In this document: positions 39,182 through 52,200 of the stretch, one piece after another
Numbering within the stretch: the first letter of the stretch is position 1
Layout: the number at the start of each line of letters is the position of its first letter
Assembly (NCBI GenBank): GCA_047920915.1
Contig: JBLRXB010000001.1
Location: 1 to 54,437 of the forward strand
Direction of reading: 5' to 3'
From: Kiritimatiellia bacterium
Lineage (GTDB): Bacteria; Verrucomicrobiota; Kiritimatiellia; UBA8416
Length of the DNA stretch: 54,437 nucleotides
Translations under genes and position numbers: made by a program
Notes under the pieces: generated by a model
Told to the model about the DNA's origin: nothing
What the model saw: the letters and a program-made list of their open reading frames with translations, nothing else
Databases searched by the model: none

Positions 39182-40006
39182 CTATTTTCTCCGCTTGACT
39201 ATGAACTTGTTCGAAGGTTTGCGCCGCGAGCGTGTCTTGCCGCCCTTGGCTAACTGACCCCATGGCGACACCGGATGTCCACCACCAGATGTCCGGCCCT
39301 CACCACCACCCATCGGATGGTCGACCGGATTCATCGCCACACCGCGTACGGTCGGACGAATCCCCTTCCAGCGCTTCCGCCCGGCCTTGCCCATGCTCGT
39401 GCCTGACTTGTCTGCATTCCCCACCTGACCAATCGTTGCCATGCAACGAACATTAATCATCCGAATCTCGCCACTCGGCAACTTCACCTGTGCAAGCGTG
39501 CCCTCGCGGGACATCAATTGCGCGCTGTTTCCAGCACTCCGGCAAACCTTACCCCCACGCCCTGGCTCTAACTCCAGATTGTGTACGAACATGCCCAGCG
39601 GGATGCGCGCCAAAGGCATGGCATTACCAACCTCCGCCTCGGCCTGATCCCCGGATAACACCTGCGCACCAACCTGTAGCTTCGCCGGTGCCAATATGTA
39701 GCGCTTCTCGCCATCTGCATAATGCAGCAACGCCAGATTCGCCGAACGGTTCGGATCGTACTCGATCGCCGCAACGCGTGCCGGTATCCCGGCCTTGTCA
39801 CGCTTGAAATCAATAATACGAAGCTTCCGCTTGTGACCACCCCCGCGGTGGCGGACGGTGATTCTTCCCGAGGAGTTGCGCCCAGCATTCTGCTTGCGAG
39901 GGCGAACCAAAGCGCGCTCCGGCTGACTCTTTGTGATCTCTTCGAACGCCGAAACGGTCGTGAACCGCAAGCTCGGGGTCGTAGGATTATATTTTTTCAG
40001 TGCCAT
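39182..40006 (-). CDS. rplB: 50S ribosomal protein L2
   Basis: [15 protein letters not shown]...[19 protein letters not shown]...[12 protein letters not shown]. Confidence 0.97.
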   Translation of the reverse strand: MALKKYNPTTPSLRFTTVSAFEEITKSQPERALVRPRKQNAGRNSSGRITVRHRGGGHKRKLRIIDFKRDKAGIPARVAAIEYDPNRSANLALLHYADGEKRYILAPAKLQVGAQVLSGDQAEAEVGNAMPLARIPLGMFVHNLELEPGRGGKVCRSAGNSAQLMSREGTLAQVKLPSGEIRMINVRCMATIGQVGNADKSGTSMGKAGRKRWKGIRPTVRGVAMNPVDHPMGGGEGRTSGGGHPVSPWGQLAKGGKTRSRRKPSNKFIVKRRK

Positions 40007-40034
40007 TTCGTCTTCCTGTCCGGCTTATGCCGCA

Positions 40035-40316
40035 TTAAGCCAAGTCGATTTTATGATCTGCTGCAAGCGTAACCACTGCACGCTTCCAATCTGGCCGTTT
40101 CCCATACTTCATTGTGCGCTGGCGCTTCTTCTTGCCTTCATAATTCATTGTGTTGACCTTCTCGACCTTCACATCGAATAACTGCTCCACCGCACGCTTG
40201 ATTTCGATTTTATTCGAATCCGGCGCTACCGTGAACAAGTACTTCCGCTGCTCCGCAAGATGCGTACCCTTCTCGGTTACCTGAATCCGCTTGATCACCG
40301 CTCGTGAATCTTTCAT
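40035..40316 (-). CDS. rplW: 50S ribosomal protein L23
   Basis: ITEKGT...KYLFTVAPDSNKIEIKRAVEQLFDVKVEKVNT. Confidence 0.94.
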   Translation of the reverse strand: MKDSRAVIKRIQVTEKGTHLAEQRKYLFTVAPDSNKIEIKRAVEQLFDVKVEKVNTMNYEGKKKRQRTMKYGKRPDWKRAVVTLAADHKIDLA

Positions 40317-40328
40317 ACCTCACACACC

Positions 40329-40955
40329 TTACTTTCCAAGCCGCGCAGTCAGTTCCGCAAAACCAGCTTCATTTGCCAGAACCAACGGATACCGCAGCAA
40401 TTGGTACACGTTCACATCTTTGGCCGCACGCAGCTCTACTCGCGGTAGATTCTGCACTGCACGAACCAGATTCGCATCCAGATTCTCCGTTACCAGTAAC
40501 ACCGGCCCCGTAACACCCTGCGCTTTCAACAATGCCGCGGCCGCGCGGGTCTTCGGCTCGCTTACCATCAACGGCTCGACAATCCGCACCGCACCCTCCG
40601 CAACCTTCTCGCTTAAGGCACGCCGAAACGCTAAATCCCGAACCTTGCGATTCACCTTGGCATCGTACACCCGCGGATGCGGACCAAAAACCACACCACC
40701 ACCACGCCAGACCGGCGACTGCTTGTAGCCCGCGCGGGCACGACCCGTACCCTTTTGCTTCCACGGCTTCGCACCCGTGCCCGAAACGGCACCCTTCACC
40801 AACGTCGAAGCCGTGCCCGCACGACGACGTAAATTCAGCGCGATCACCACCTCATGCACAGCCTGCTCGCCACGCTCTAACTCCAATTTCTCATCGGCAA
40901 TTGTCACCGAGCCGGCCTCAGCACCGGAAGCATCATATTTCTTGATCGTACTCAT
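40329..40955 (-). CDS. rplD: 50S ribosomal protein L4
   Basis: GTGAKPWKQKGTGRARAGYKQSPVWRGGGVVFGP. Confidence 0.96.
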   Translation of the reverse strand: MSTIKKYDASGAEAGSVTIADEKLELERGEQAVHEVVIALNLRRRAGTASTLVKGAVSGTGAKPWKQKGTGRARAGYKQSPVWRGGGVVFGPHPRVYDAKVNRKVRDLAFRRALSEKVAEGAVRIVEPLMVSEPKTRAAAALLKAQGVTGPVLLVTENLDANLVRAVQNLPRVELRAAKDVNVYQLLRYPLVLANEAGFAELTARLGK

Positions 40956-41593
40956 GCCGTCTTACCTGCCTTCTTCAATGCTTTCTGTACGATAACAACC
41001 CCGCCATTCGGACCAGGTATCGCACCTTGTACCAGAAGTAGATTCTCATCTGCACGTACGGCCAGCAGCTTTAAATTCTGCTGCGTTACGCGAACATGAC
41101 CCATGTGACCTGGCATCTTCTGCCCCTTCATCACCCGAGCCGGAAAAGAACACTGACCAATCGAACCAACACGACGTTTCGAGTGACCACCATGCGTCAT
41201 CGGACCACCAGCCATGTTGTAACGCTTCACAACTCCAGCAAATCCACGCCCCTTACTCGTACCAACGACATCCACGTAACCAACGCCCTCGAATTGCTCC
41301 ACCGTGACACGGGCACCGGGCGCAAGCTCTTCAGCCGCATCACAAGGAAATTCACGCATCAAACGATGACAATCAATGCCAGCCTTACCATACTCGCCCG
41401 CCTGCGCCTTCGCCAAACGCGACTCCTTCTGTGGCTCAAAACACAGCTTCACCGCGTCGTAGCCGTCGCGCACCTTCGTCTTCCGTTGCACAACCTGGCA
41501 CGGACCCGCAGCAATGACGGTCACCGCAACGCGACGGCCAGCCTCGTCAAAGATCTGCGTCATCCCTAATTTTCTGCCTAATATACCGTTCAT
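40952..41593 (-). CDS. rplC: 50S ribosomal protein L3
   Basis: [19 protein letters not shown]...[18 protein letters not shown] overlap with rplD. Confidence 0.96.
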   Translation of the reverse strand: MNGILGRKLGMTQIFDEAGRRVAVTVIAAGPCQVVQRKTKVRDGYDAVKLCFEPQKESRLAKAQAGEYGKAGIDCHRLMREFPCDAAEELAPGARVTVEQFEGVGYVDVVGTSKGRGFAGVVKRYNMAGGPMTHGGHSKRRVGSIGQCSFPARVMKGQKMPGHMGHVRVTQQNLKLLAVRADENLLLVQGAIPGPNGGVVIVQKALKKAGKTA

Positions 41594-41604
41594 GATTCTC
41601 TCTC

Positions 41605-41913
41605 TCAGATCTTGATCGTTATGTCGACACCAGCCGGCAAATTCAGCTTCTTTAGCTCATCTACCGTCTTGGCCGTTGGCTCAATGATGTCCAGCAGCCG
41701 CTTATGTGTTCGCATTTCAAACTGCTCCATCGACTTCTTGTTTACATGCGGGCTACGATTAACCGTATACCGCTCAATGCGCGTTGGCAAAGGTGTCGGC
41801 CCGGCAACTTGCGCCCCCGTACCCCGTGCCGTATCAATAATATCCGTTACGGCCTGATCCAGTACACTGTGATCGTAAGCCTGCAGCCGAATTCTTATAC
41901 GTTGTCCATCCAT
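41605..41913 (-). CDS. rpsJ: 30S ribosomal protein S10
   Basis: [17 protein letters not shown]...[24 protein letters not shown]. Confidence 0.96.
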   Translation of the reverse strand: MDGQRIRIRLQAYDHSVLDQAVTDIIDTARGTGAQVAGPTPLPTRIERYTVNRSPHVNKKSMEQFEMRTHKRLLDIIEPTAKTVDELKKLNLPAGVDITIKI

Positions 41914-41920
41914 GACATTC

Positions 41921-44044
41921 TCACCTGTTCAGTAGCTCTCTTGTCAGCGGCACCGGCACAACATCAAATTGTACCGGCTCCATCGTGTAACTAGCCCGGC
42001 CTCGCGTTAACGACCGGATCGCCGTCGAGTATCCAAACAACTCAGCCAGAGGAACACGACCATGCACGGCCTGCTCATCCCCCTTCGCGATCATGTCTGT
42101 GACCTTCCCGCGCCGGCTGCTCAAATCCCCTAATACATCCCCCATATATTCAGACGGCGTCACAATCTCAAGCACCATGATCGGCTCCAGCAAGACCGGA
42201 GCAGCCGCCTGCACCGCCTCGCGAAACGCCATCGTGGCCGCCGTCCGAAACGCAACATCCGTCGAAAACTCTACATCGGTTTGCACTGCGGTTACGCGAA
42301 TCGCAATGTCTGTAACCGCATAACGTGACAGCACCCCTGTCACCGCACCATCCTTTAACCCCGTCTCTACAGCCAATCGGAAATCAGCCGTAAACTCGCG
42401 ACCCGAAACCAAAACCTCGATTGCGACCCCCGAACCGCGCGCCCGCGGGCTTACCTCAACGGTCACGCTCGCTACATGACGCTGCCCACCCAGATCACGA
42501 TCAAACAAAAAGCTGCCTTTCCCATCACGCGAAACGGTCTCTTGGTATGCAACCATCGGCTTCCCCGTATTGGCCGCCACCTTGAACTCACGCAACATCC
42601 GGTCTCGTAAAATTTCCAGATGCAACTCGCCCATGCCACTAATCACCGTTTGGCCCGTCTCCTCATCTAGCTTCACGTGGCAGGTCGGATCTTCATCAAC
42701 CAACGCCTGCAGAGCACCCTCCAGCTTCTCACGATCTGCCCGCGACCTAGGCTCAACAGCCATCGACATCACTGGCTCTGGAAAACGAATGCGTGCCAAT
42801 TCCAGCGGATCATGCTCGGGACATAGCGTGTCACCCGTCGACGCTGTCTTCAAACCACTGACAGCCCCGATCTCACCGGAATACAACGCATCGATCTCTT
42901 CGCGGGAATCAGCATGTATACGCATCAACCCCATCAAGCGTTCGCTCTTATGCAACCGTGGATTGTAGGCTTTCTGACCCTTACGCAAAACACCGGAATA
43001 CACACGTACATAAGCAATCCGACCAAGATAGGCGTCGTTAGCAAGCTTGAAAACCAGCGCACGCAAAGGACCAGCATCATTCGCTTCGCATGGCACCAAG
43101 GCACCACTCTTCGGATGATGCCCCTCCGTAGGCGGTACATCCAAAGGAGAAGGCAAATAGCGCACGATTGCATCCATCACTGGCTGCACACCGCGATTTT
43201 TCAAAGAAGATCCACAGAAAACGGGCGTCATCTCGTTAGTGACCACAACCCGCCGTATGCCTGCTTGAAGGACTTCGGCAGACAGGTCGCCCTCTTCGAG
43301 ATAGGTCTCAAGAATGGTATCATCCAATTCCGCAACCTTTTCCACAAGCTTTCCGCGGCCCGCTTCTGCGGCCGCACGTAATGTATCGGGTATTGGATGC
43401 TTGCCGACAACCAGCCCTTGCGAGCCCTCGTCAAACATAAGCGCTTCCATATGCACCAGATCAATCACACCTTGAAAATGCTCTTCCTCCCCCCATGGCA
43501 ATTGCACGGGTACCGCATTCGCACCAAGGCGTTCTCGAATCTCATCAACAACCCGGCTGAATGAAGCCCCCATTCGATCCATCTTATTGATGAAAACGAT
43601 CCGGGGAACATGATACCGCGTTGCCTGCCGCCAAACCGTCTCCGATTGCGGCTGCACACCACCAACACCGCAAAACACACCAACCGCACCATCAAGGATA
43701 CGTAAAGAACGCTCTACCTCAACGGTGAAATCAACATGACCCGGCGTATCAATGATATTGATCATATGATCAAGCCAATAACACGTCGTCGCAGCACTGG
43801 TTATGGTGATACCTCGCTCTTTCTCCTGCTCCATCCAATCCATGACCGTGTTGCCGTCATGCACTTCGCCTAACTTGTGTACGCGACCTGCATAAAACAA
43901 CATGCGCTCAGTGGTAGTGGTTTTGCCGGCATCAATATGAGCGATGATCCCGATGTTACGGACTTGCGCCAGACCGCGGCTACGATCGTCTGATTCACGA
44001 CCAGACGAAGACACACCGCGCTTTGATACTGCCTGACTACTCAA
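41921..44044 (-). CDS. fusA: elongation factor G
   Basis: [16 protein letters not shown]1 motif, [12 protein letters not shown], and full five-domain length. TTG start with AAGGTG 5 nt upstream. About 20 aa longer at the N-terminus than typical EF-G. Confidence 0.95.
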   Translation of the reverse strand: MSSQAVSKRGVSSSGRESDDRSRGLAQVRNIGIIAHIDAGKTTTTERMLFYAGRVHKLGEVHDGNTVMDWMEQEKERGITITSAATTCYWLDHMINIIDTPGHVDFTVEVERSLRILDGAVGVFCGVGGVQPQSETVWRQATRYHVPRIVFINKMDRMGASFSRVVDEIRERLGANAVPVQLPWGEEEHFQGVIDLVHMEALMFDEGSQGLVVGKHPIPDTLRAAAEAGRGKLVEKVAELDDTILETYLEEGDLSAEVLQAGIRRVVVTNEMTPVFCGSSLKNRGVQPVMDAIVRYLPSPLDVPPTEGHHPKSGALVPCEANDAGPLRALVFKLANDAYLGRIAYVRVYSGVLRKGQKAYNPRLHKSERLMGLMRIHADSREEIDALYSGEIGAVSGLKTASTGDTLCPEHDPLELARIRFPEPVMSMAVEPRSRADREKLEGALQALVDEDPTCHVKLDEETGQTVISGMGELHLEILRDRMLREFKVAANTGKPMVAYQETVSRDGKGSFLFDRDLGGQRHVASVTVEVSPRARGSGVAIEVLVSGREFTADFRLAVETGLKDGAVTGVLSRYAVTDIAIRVTAVQTDVEFSTDVAFRTAATMAFREAVQAAAPVLLEPIMVLEIVTPSEYMGDVLGDLSSRRGKVTDMIAKGDEQAVHGRVPLAELFGYSTAIRSLTRGRASYTMEPVQFDVVPVPLTRELLNR

Positions 44045-44090
44045 GCCCGCACCTTACTTGTTACTCGATTTCAAAGAACAAAAACAAATC

Positions 44091-44561
44091 TTACCAGGCA
44101 TAATGCGCAAAGGCCTTATTCGCTTGCGCCATCTTATGCGTATCTTCACGCTTCTTGATACAATTGCCTTGATTATTGAAGGCGTCCAGAAGCTCCATGG
44201 CAACGGCCTGCTCCATCGGCATGCCGCGGCGACCCTGCGAATACATCACCAACCACCGCAACGCCAGCGCTAACTGACGACGCTGATTGATCTCTACCGG
44301 CACCTGATAGGTCGCACCACCAACGCGACGCGACTTCACCTCAACGCGAGGCTTGATATTGTCAATCGCACGAATCAGCACGCCAAGCGGATCCTGCCCC
44401 GACTTCTCCTCTATCCGAGCCAATGCCCCATACACAATTCGTTCAGCGGTCGTCTTCTTGCCCATCCGCATGATGTAATTAATCACACGCGCAACTAGTT
44501 CACTATTGAACCGTGGATCCGCCAGCACCGCGCGCCGCTCTGCTTTTCTTCTACGTGCCAT
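44091..44561 (-). CDS. rpsG: 30S ribosomal protein S7
   Basis: MARRRKAERRAVLADPRFNSELVAR... is canonical S7. Confidence 0.96.
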   Translation of the reverse strand: MARRRKAERRAVLADPRFNSELVARVINYIMRMGKKTTAERIVYGALARIEEKSGQDPLGVLIRAIDNIKPRVEVKSRRVGGATYQVPVEINQRRQLALALRWLVMYSQGRRGMPMEQAVAMELLDAFNNQGNCIKKREDTHKMAQANKAFAHYAW

Positions 44562-44578
44562 ACTTATCTAACTCCTGA

Positions 44579-44959
44579 TCACTCGGCCTTCTTCGGGCGC
44601 TTCACCCCATACTTCGAGCGACCGCGTTTACGATTGTTAACCCCAAGGGAATCCAACGCACCACGAACAACATGATAACGCACACCCGGCAAATCCTTGA
44701 CACGACCACCACGAACCAGAACCACGCTGTGCTCCTGCAAGTTATGCCCTTCCCCGCCAATGTATGCACTGACTTCATAACCCGTTGTCAAACGCACACG
44801 CGCTACTTTGCGCAACGCCGAATTAGGCTTCTTCGGCGTCATCGTCTTTACCTGCAGACAAACCCCACGACGCTGCGGACATTTCGTCAACGCACGAGAT
44901 TTGCTCTTCTTCTTTATTGGCTGGCGCCCTTTTCGCACCAGTTGATTCATCGTCGGCAT
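44579..44959 (-). CDS. rpsL: 30S ribosomal protein S12
   Basis: [12 protein letters not shown]...[16 protein letters not shown]... Confidence 0.97.
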   Translation of the reverse strand: MPTMNQLVRKGRQPIKKKSKSRALTKCPQRRGVCLQVKTMTPKKPNSALRKVARVRLTTGYEVSAYIGGEGHNLQEHSVVLVRGGRVKDLPGVRYHVVRGALDSLGVNNRKRGRSKYGVKRPKKAE

Positions 44960-45022
44960 ATCGTTTCCCCTGTTTTTACAAGCGAACGGGAACTATAATA
45001 CATTCCCATAACACAATTCAAG

Positions 45023-48000
45023 CTATTTATCCCACAACTGATCGAATTTTCTTTCCTGCTCCTGGATGTCAATCAAATCCTCTTCCGATACCGGCTCCGC
45101 ATTGGCAACCAGCTTGATTTGACGATGTGTCGGAAAACCAGTTCCCCCCGGGATCAAATGACCCATGATCACGTTCTCCTTGAAACCGCGCAATTCATCT
45201 ACACGACCCAATGTTGCCGCATCCGTCAAAATGCGCGTGGTGTCCTGGAACGAAGCGGCCGAAATAAAACTGTCGGTCTCAAGGGAAGCCTTCGTGATTC
45301 CCAGAAGGGCCGGTGCCGCTTCCGCTGGACGACGCCCCTCCGCCAAAGCCTTCTCGTTCACCTCCAGGAAATACTGCCGCATCACTTGTTCACCCCAGAG
45401 AAATTCCGTGTCGCCAGGATTCGTGATCTTGACCTTGCGCAACATCTGCCGAACAATGACCTCGATGTGTTTGTCATTGATTTCCACACCCTGCAAACGG
45501 TAGACCTGCTGTACTTCATTAACCAGGTACTCCTGCAACTCCTGCGGACCGCAAACATCCAGAATCTCCTGTGGCACCACGGGACCTTCCGTTAGCTGCT
45601 GTCCCTTGTGAACCCGATCACCCTTGAATACAACGATATGCTTGCCCATCGCAATCAAATGCTCTTCCGTGTCCCCCGTCATCTCATCACGAATGATCAA
45701 GCAGCGCTTACCACGCTGATTATCACCAAAGTCAACAACACCCTCGATCTTGGCGATCTCGGCCGCATCCTTGGGTTGACGCGCCTCGAAAAGCTCGGCA
45801 ACGCGCGGCAAACCACCGGTAATATCCTTCGTCTTGGACTCCTTACGCGGCGTCTTGGCCAACAACGCTCCCGGCTGCACCAACGCGCCCTCTTTCACGA
45901 CAACGTGCGCACCAGCAGGAATACTATAGAATCCCAGAATTTCGTGCTCGGCACCACCGCCACCCTCGGCATCAATGATGATCTGTGGATGGAGGTTCTC
46001 CTTGCTGTCCAACACCACGGTACCGCTCATCCCGGTCGCTTCATCAACCTCTTTCTTCATCGAGACATTCTCGACAAAATCGTGAAAACGGATCACACCG
46101 GCCTGCTCTGCAAGAATCGGGACACTGTAAGGGTCCCATTTCGCCAGACAGACACCCTTCTTCGCACTGCTACCATCGTCAACTTGCAGCACCGTTCCCA
46201 TCGCCAGCGTATAGCGCTCCAATTCATGCCCCGAGGCATCATGAATGCTGATCGAACCATTCTTGTTCAGCACCACAAGATCACCATCCGAATTCGTGAC
46301 CACACGCAAATCGTGATAACGCACGGTGCCCTTGTTCTTGGCATTAACCTCAGGCTGCTTGAAAACCGAGCTCGCAGTACCACCAATATGGAAGGTACGC
46401 ATCGTTAACTGCGTGCCAGGCTCGCCAATCGACTGCGCGGCAATGATGCCAACGGCTGTACCAATCTCGGCCGCACGACCCGTCGCCAAATCACGCCCAT
46501 AACATTTGGCACACAGACCAATGCGGCTTTCACAGGTCAACACACTGCGAATACGCACACGATCAATACCACTATCCTTGATCGCCTGCGCTAGCACTTC
46601 ATCAATTTCCTCACTCGCAGGTACCAGCACCTCGCCTGTCAATGGATGCAGAATATCACTCAAAGCCGTCCGACCAATCAAACGCTTGTCGATCCCGACC
46701 AAATCCTCATCTCCCTCGGAAATGGCCATCACATCAATCCCATTCACCGTACCGCAGTCTGGCTCCATGATGATCACATCCTGCGAAACGTCCACCAACT
46801 TGCGCGTTAAATACCCGGCATCAGCCGTCTTGAGCGCCGTATCCGCCAGACCCTTGCGGGCACCGTGCGTACTGATGAAGTATTCCAGCACACTCAAACC
46901 CTCACGAAAGTTGGCTGTAATCGGACGCTCGATAATCTCACCCGAAGGCTTGGCCATCAAACCACGCATACCAGCAAGCTGACGAATCTGCTGACGGCTA
47001 CCACGAGCCTTTGAGTCAACCATCATGTATACGGGGTTGATCTCCCCACTACCCTCATTCTCGTCAATCGCAGTGTACATCGCATTCGAGATTTCTTCGG
47101 TGGCATGCGTCCAGATATCAACAATCTTATTGTAGCGTTCACCATCAGTAATCACACCCTGCCGATATTGATCCCGCACCTGCTTCACCGCATCACGCGC
47201 CTCTTGCAGGATATCCGACTTCTCGCGCGGGATAATCATATCAACCATCCCGACGGATACCCCGGCTAACGTGGCCTGCTCAAAGCCGGTCTTCTTCAGC
47301 TTATCCAAGGCCACCACCGTAGCAGCATGACCCGCACGCTTATGGCAATGCCAGATCAAATCACCCAATACGCTCTTGTTGACCGTCTTGTTGATGAAAC
47401 CCATCTCCGGTGGCCAAACCTCATTGAAGAATACCCGGCCGACCGTCGTTACAATCACACGCGCTTCCTGATCACCAAATGCCGTATCGCGCCCATGATC
47501 TGGATTCTTCAGGCGAATGCGCTGGTGAATCGTGAAGGCACCCTCTCCATACGCCAAATGAACCTCTTCCGTGTCCGCAAAGATCGGAAGTCGCTCCTGC
47601 GCGGCACCATCCAGATTCTGCTTGGCTTTCAAACGATCAGCTTGCCCCATGGACGTCATGTAATATACCCCTAGCGCAATATCCTGCGTCGGCGTCATCA
47701 CAGACTGACCACTGGAGGGCGAGAAAATATTGTTCGATGCCAGCATCAACAAGCGCGACTCCAATTGTGCCTCGACCGAAAGCGGCACGTGCACCGCCAT
47801 CTGATCACCATCGAAGTCAGCATTAAATGCCGTGCAAACCAATGGATGGATCTGAATCGCCTCACCCTCGACAAGGACAGGCTCGAAAGACTGGATACTC
47901 AACCGGTGCAACGTCGGGGCACGGTTCAACATAACCGTCTTATCCTTGGTCACCTCCTCGAGGATGTCCCAGACATCATCGGTCTGCTTTTCAATCAACT

Positions 48001-49198
48001 TCTTGGCACTACGGACCGTATGAACAACACCCATCTCCTTAAGCCTGCGAATGATAAACGGCTCGAATAACGTCAACGCCATCTTCTTCGGCAAGCCACA
48101 CTGGCAAAGCTTCAGCTCTGGCCCAACCACAATGACGGAACGACCGGAGTAGTCAACGCGCTTGCCCAGCAAGTTCTGACGAAAACGACCGCCTTTACCA
48201 CGCAACATATCACTCAAGGACTTCAGCGGACGGTTGCCTGCCCCCGTCACCGCACGACCATGCCGACCATTATCAAACACCGCATCAACAGCTTCCTGCA
48301 ACATCCGCTTTTCGTTGCGAATAATCACGTCCGGCGTCTTTAATTGCTGCAGATTCTTCAAGCGGTTATTGCGGTTAATCACGCGGCGATAGAGATCGTT
48401 CAGATCCGATGTTGCAAACCGACCACCCTCTAGCGGTACCAACGGACGTAAATCCGGCGGAATTACCGGCAGCACATCCAGAATCATCCACTCCGGACGC
48501 GTATTGCTGGTACGGAATCCTTCCGTAACCTTCATCCGCTTGGACAACTTCTTGCGTGTCTGCTTGCTCTTCGTCTTCTGGACTTGCTCTTCCAACTCCT
48601 CCAAAAGGGCCTGCAAATCAACCTTTACCAACAAGTCCCGAATACCCTCGGCACCCATCTTCGCAGAAAAATCGTCGCCGTATTTCTCGCGCGCTTCACG
48701 ATAATCCGCCTCACTCAAAAGCTGACGCTCTTTCAGCGGCGTCTCGCCAGGATCGATCACGACGTAATCCTCGTAATACAATACACGCTCCAACGAGCTC
48801 GCCGTCATATCAAGCATCAAACCGATGCGGCTAGGCGTACACTTGAAGAACCAAATGTGCGAAACAGGTACGGCAAGCTCGATGTGCCCCATACGTTCAC
48901 GACGCACGCGCGAAAGCGTTACTTCCACACCACAACGATCGCAGATCACACCCTTGTGCTTGATCCGCTTATACTTGCCACAACTGCACTCCCAGTCTTT
49001 CGTAGGCCCAAAAATCTTCTCACAAAACAGACCACCACGCTCTGGCTTGTATGTGCGATAGTTAATCGTTTCAGGATTCTTGACCTCTCCGCGGCTCCAT
49101 GCACGTATGGTCTCAGGATCAGCCAGTGTAATACCGACCGAATCAAAAGAACCAAAATCGTTCAGGTAACTCGTCTCTTTTCCGTAAATTGGATTCAA
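45023..49198 (-). CDS. rpoC: DNA-directed RNA polymerase subunit beta'
   Basis: Zinc motif CSCGKYK...CDRCGVEV and catalytic [12 protein letters not shown]. 1391 aa. TTG start with GGGAGG 7 nt upstream. Confidence 0.97.
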   Translation of the reverse strand: MNPIYGKETSYLNDFGSFDSVGITLADPETIRAWSRGEVKNPETINYRTYKPERGGLFCEKIFGPTKDWECSCGKYKRIKHKGVICDRCGVEVTLSRVRRERMGHIELAVPVSHIWFFKCTPSRIGLMLDMTASSLERVLYYEDYVVIDPGETPLKERQLLSEADYREAREKYGDDFSAKMGAEGIRDLLVKVDLQALLEELEEQVQKTKSKQTRKKLSKRMKVTEGFRTSNTRPEWMILDVLPVIPPDLRPLVPLEGGRFATSDLNDLYRRVINRNNRLKNLQQLKTPDVIIRNEKRMLQEAVDAVFDNGRHGRAVTGAGNRPLKSLSDMLRGKGGRFRQNLLGKRVDYSGRSVIVVGPELKLCQCGLPKKMALTLFEPFIIRRLKEMGVVHTVRSAKKLIEKQTDDVWDILEEVTKDKTVMLNRAPTLHRLSIQSFEPVLVEGEAIQIHPLVCTAFNADFDGDQMAVHVPLSVEAQLESRLLMLASNNIFSPSSGQSVMTPTQDIALGVYYMTSMGQADRLKAKQNLDGAAQERLPIFADTEEVHLAYGEGAFTIHQRIRLKNPDHGRDTAFGDQEARVIVTTVGRVFFNEVWPPEMGFINKTVNKSVLGDLIWHCHKRAGHAATVVALDKLKKTGFEQATLAGVSVGMVDMIIPREKSDILQEARDAVKQVRDQYRQGVITDGERYNKIVDIWTHATEEISNAMYTAIDENEGSGEINPVYMMVDSKARGSRQQIRQLAGMRGLMAKPSGEIIERPITANFREGLSVLEYFISTHGARKGLADTALKTADAGYLTRKLVDVSQDVIIMEPDCGTVNGIDVMAISEGDEDLVGIDKRLIGRTALSDILHPLTGEVLVPASEEIDEVLAQAIKDSGIDRVRIRSVLTCESRIGLCAKCYGRDLATGRAAEIGTAVGIIAAQSIGEPGTQLTMRTFHIGGTASSVFKQPEVNAKNKGTVRYHDLRVVTNSDGDLVVLNKNGSISIHDASGHELERYTLAMGTVLQVDDGSSAKKGVCLAKWDPYSVPILAEQAGVIRFHDFVENVSMKKEVDEATGMSGTVVLDSKENLHPQIIIDAEGGGGAEHEILGFYSIPAGAHVVVKEGALVQPGALLAKTPRKESKTKDITGGLPRVAELFEARQPKDAAEIAKIEGVVDFGDNQRGKRCLIIRDEMTGDTEEHLIAMGKHIVVFKGDRVHKGQQLTEGPVVPQEILDVCGPQELQEYLVNEVQQVYRLQGVEINDKHIEVIVRQMLRKVKITNPGDTEFLWGEQVMRQYFLEVNEKALAEGRRPAEAAPALLGITKASLETDSFISAASFQDTTRILTDAATLGRVDELRGFKENVIMGHLIPGGTGFPTHRQIKLVANAEPVSEEDLIDIQEQERKFDQLWDK

Positions 49199-49222
49199 TG
49201 TCGTTCCTCCCGGATGCTGCGC

Positions 49223-52200
49223 TTATAGTAAACGGCTTCGCTTTTCACCTTGCACTTGAACATCAAGACACAAGCCACGTAATTCGTTGATCAATACACT
49301 GAACGACTCGGGCATACCGGCATCCAGCGAATTCGTACCCTTGACAATGGATTCGTAAATACGCGTACGACCACTCACATCGTCACTCTTAACAGTCAAG
49401 AGCTCCTGCAGGGCATAGGCAACGCCGTAGGCCTCAAGAGCCCACACTTCCATTTCGCCCAAACGCTGCCCCCCATACTGCGCCTTACCACCCAACGGTT
49501 GCTGCGTGACCAGCGAGTATGGACCAACGGCACGGGCATGAATCTTGTCTGTAACAAGATGATGGAGCTTCAGAATATAAATCTGCCCCACTACCACGCG
49601 CTGATCAAAGCGCTCACCCGTGCGCCCATCATACAGTACGCTCTTGCCATCTTCCGGCAATCCGGCCTTCGCCAGCAAAGCATCAATGTCCTTTTCAGGG
49701 ATACCATCGAACACCGGCGTCGCTGCATGCATGCCTAATGCTTTGCAAGCCGCACCCAAATGCGTCTCAAACACCTGACCGAGATTCATACGAGATGGCA
49801 CCCCTAGAGGGTTGAGCACAACATCAACCGGCGTACCATCCGGCAAGAACGGCATGTCAGCATCCGGAACAATCCGGGCCACAACACCCTTGTTACCATG
49901 GCGACCCGCAAGCTTGTCACCAACCGACAGCTTCTTCTTCGCAGCAATATAAACCTTCACCTGCTTGATAATGCCCGAATCAAGATCATCGCCGCTTTCC
50001 AAACGCTCGATCGAGCTCTCAAACTCCTCATCCAGTTCACCAAAACGCGGCTTGAATTCACTGATGATATCATCAATCTTGATTTGAATCGGACTGCTTT
50101 CAATCCGGATGTGGTCACTAACTGCCGCCAACTTACGCAGCAACGTCTTCGTGATTTTACGGTTGGCGGGTATGATGATTTCATCAGCCTCGACATCCAC
50201 CACGTCTAAAGGAATTTTCTCACCAAGCAAAATGTTACTCAAACCCTCCGTCAAGTCATTCTGCAACTCCTGACGCTTGGCCTTGTGCTCTTCCTCGATG
50301 GTCTTGCGCTGGCGCTTCCGTTGCGCAGGCGATGAGTCTGCCGTCTTGGCCTCCTTGTGCGCCGTCACCTTCACATCCATCACAATACCATACGTTCCAC
50401 TCGGAACCGTCAGCGATGTGTCGCGCACCTCGGCCGCCTTCTCACCAAAAATGGCACGCAAAAGACGCTCTTCCGGTGCTAGCTCGGTTTCGCTCTTCGG
50501 CGTAATCTTGCCAACGAGAATATCACCCGGACGAACTTCGGCCCCCGGACGGATCACACCGTCGGAACCTAGATTCCGCAGGGCTTCCTCGCCAACATTC
50601 GGTATGTCCCGTGTAATCTCCTCCGGTCCAAGCTTTGTATCCCGAGCCCCTACCTCGAATTCCTGAATCTGGATCGATGTGAAGGCATCCTCGCGAACCA
50701 GACGCTGGCTGATGAGAATGGCATCCTCGAAATTATAGCCAGACCACGGCATGAAAGCCACCTGCAAATTCTTGCCCAGTGCCAGCTCGCCTTGATCCGT
50801 AGCAGGACCGTCCGCAAGGGCTTGACCCGCCTTCACCTTCTGCCCTAAACGTATAATCGGCTTTTGATTGATGCACGTACCGGCATTCGACCGACGAAAC
50901 TTCTGCAAACGATACTCCTGATACTCTTCTGGCGGCGTCTTTTTCGTGGGCATGCTGCCGTCTGCTGATACAACGATCCGCTTGGCCGACACATACGCCA
51001 CCACACCCGCCTTCTCCGCAAGTACCATCACATGGGAATCTCGCGCCGCACGCTCCTCAAGACCGGTTGCCACATACGGACGCTCCACGCGCAGCAAAGG
51101 CACAGCCTGACGCATCATGTTCGCGCCCATCAAGGCGCGGTTTGCATCGTCGTGCTCAAGAAAAGGAATCATGCCCGCAGCAATACTCACGACCTGCTTG
51201 GGCGAAACATCCATATAATCAATTTCCTCACCCGGTACTTCCAAAAATTCACCACGATGACGAACTGACACGAACGGATTGCGAAATTGACCATTCTCCG
51301 CAAGCGGCGCATTCGCCTGCGCAATGATGTAGCGCTCTTCCTTGTCGGCCGACAGAAACTCAACCTTATCCGTGACGCGACCCTTCTCAACCTTGCGGTA
51401 AGGACTCTCAATAAAACCAAACTCATTGACGCGTGCGTAGATACTCAAAGACGAGATCAAACCAATATTTGGTCCTTCCGGCGTCTCAATCGGGCAAATA
51501 CGTCCATAATGACTACTATGTACGTCACGCACCTCGAAACCAGCACGCTCGCGACTCAAACCGCCCGGTCCCAAAGCACTTAAGCGACGCTTGTGCGCAA
51601 GCTCGGACAACGGGTTCGTCTGATCCATGAACTGACTCAACTGGCTCCGGCCAAAGAAATCCTGCACAACCGCAGAAAGAGACTTGGAATTAACAAGCCG
51701 CTGCGGCGACAACGTTCCCGTCGTCGGATCGAAAAGCGTCATACGTTCGCGAATCAGGCGCTCGGTACGCGCCAATCCCATGCGACACTGATTCTCCATC
51801 AGTTCGCCCACCGTTCGGACACGACGACTCCCCAAATGATCGATATCGTCAACATTTTCGGTACCGCGACGAACGTTAATCAAGTGACGCAGCGACTCAA
51901 TCACATCGCGCTCATCCAGAACACGCATACTGTTGTCGATCTCGTTCTCAAGACCGAGCTTCTGATTGATCTTGTAGCGACCGACGCTACCCAAATCATA
52001 ACGCCGTGGATCGAAGAACAAACGCCGCAAAAGTTGACGCGCATTCGAAGCCGTTGCCGGATCGCCTGGACGCAACTTGTGATAAATATCCTTCAGCGCT
52101 TCATCCGTCGTGTGCACGGGATCGGCTTTCAAACTCTTGAGCAGCAAACCATCATCCCAGGAAACATCGACAACCTCAACGCTCTTGATCCCGGCTCCAT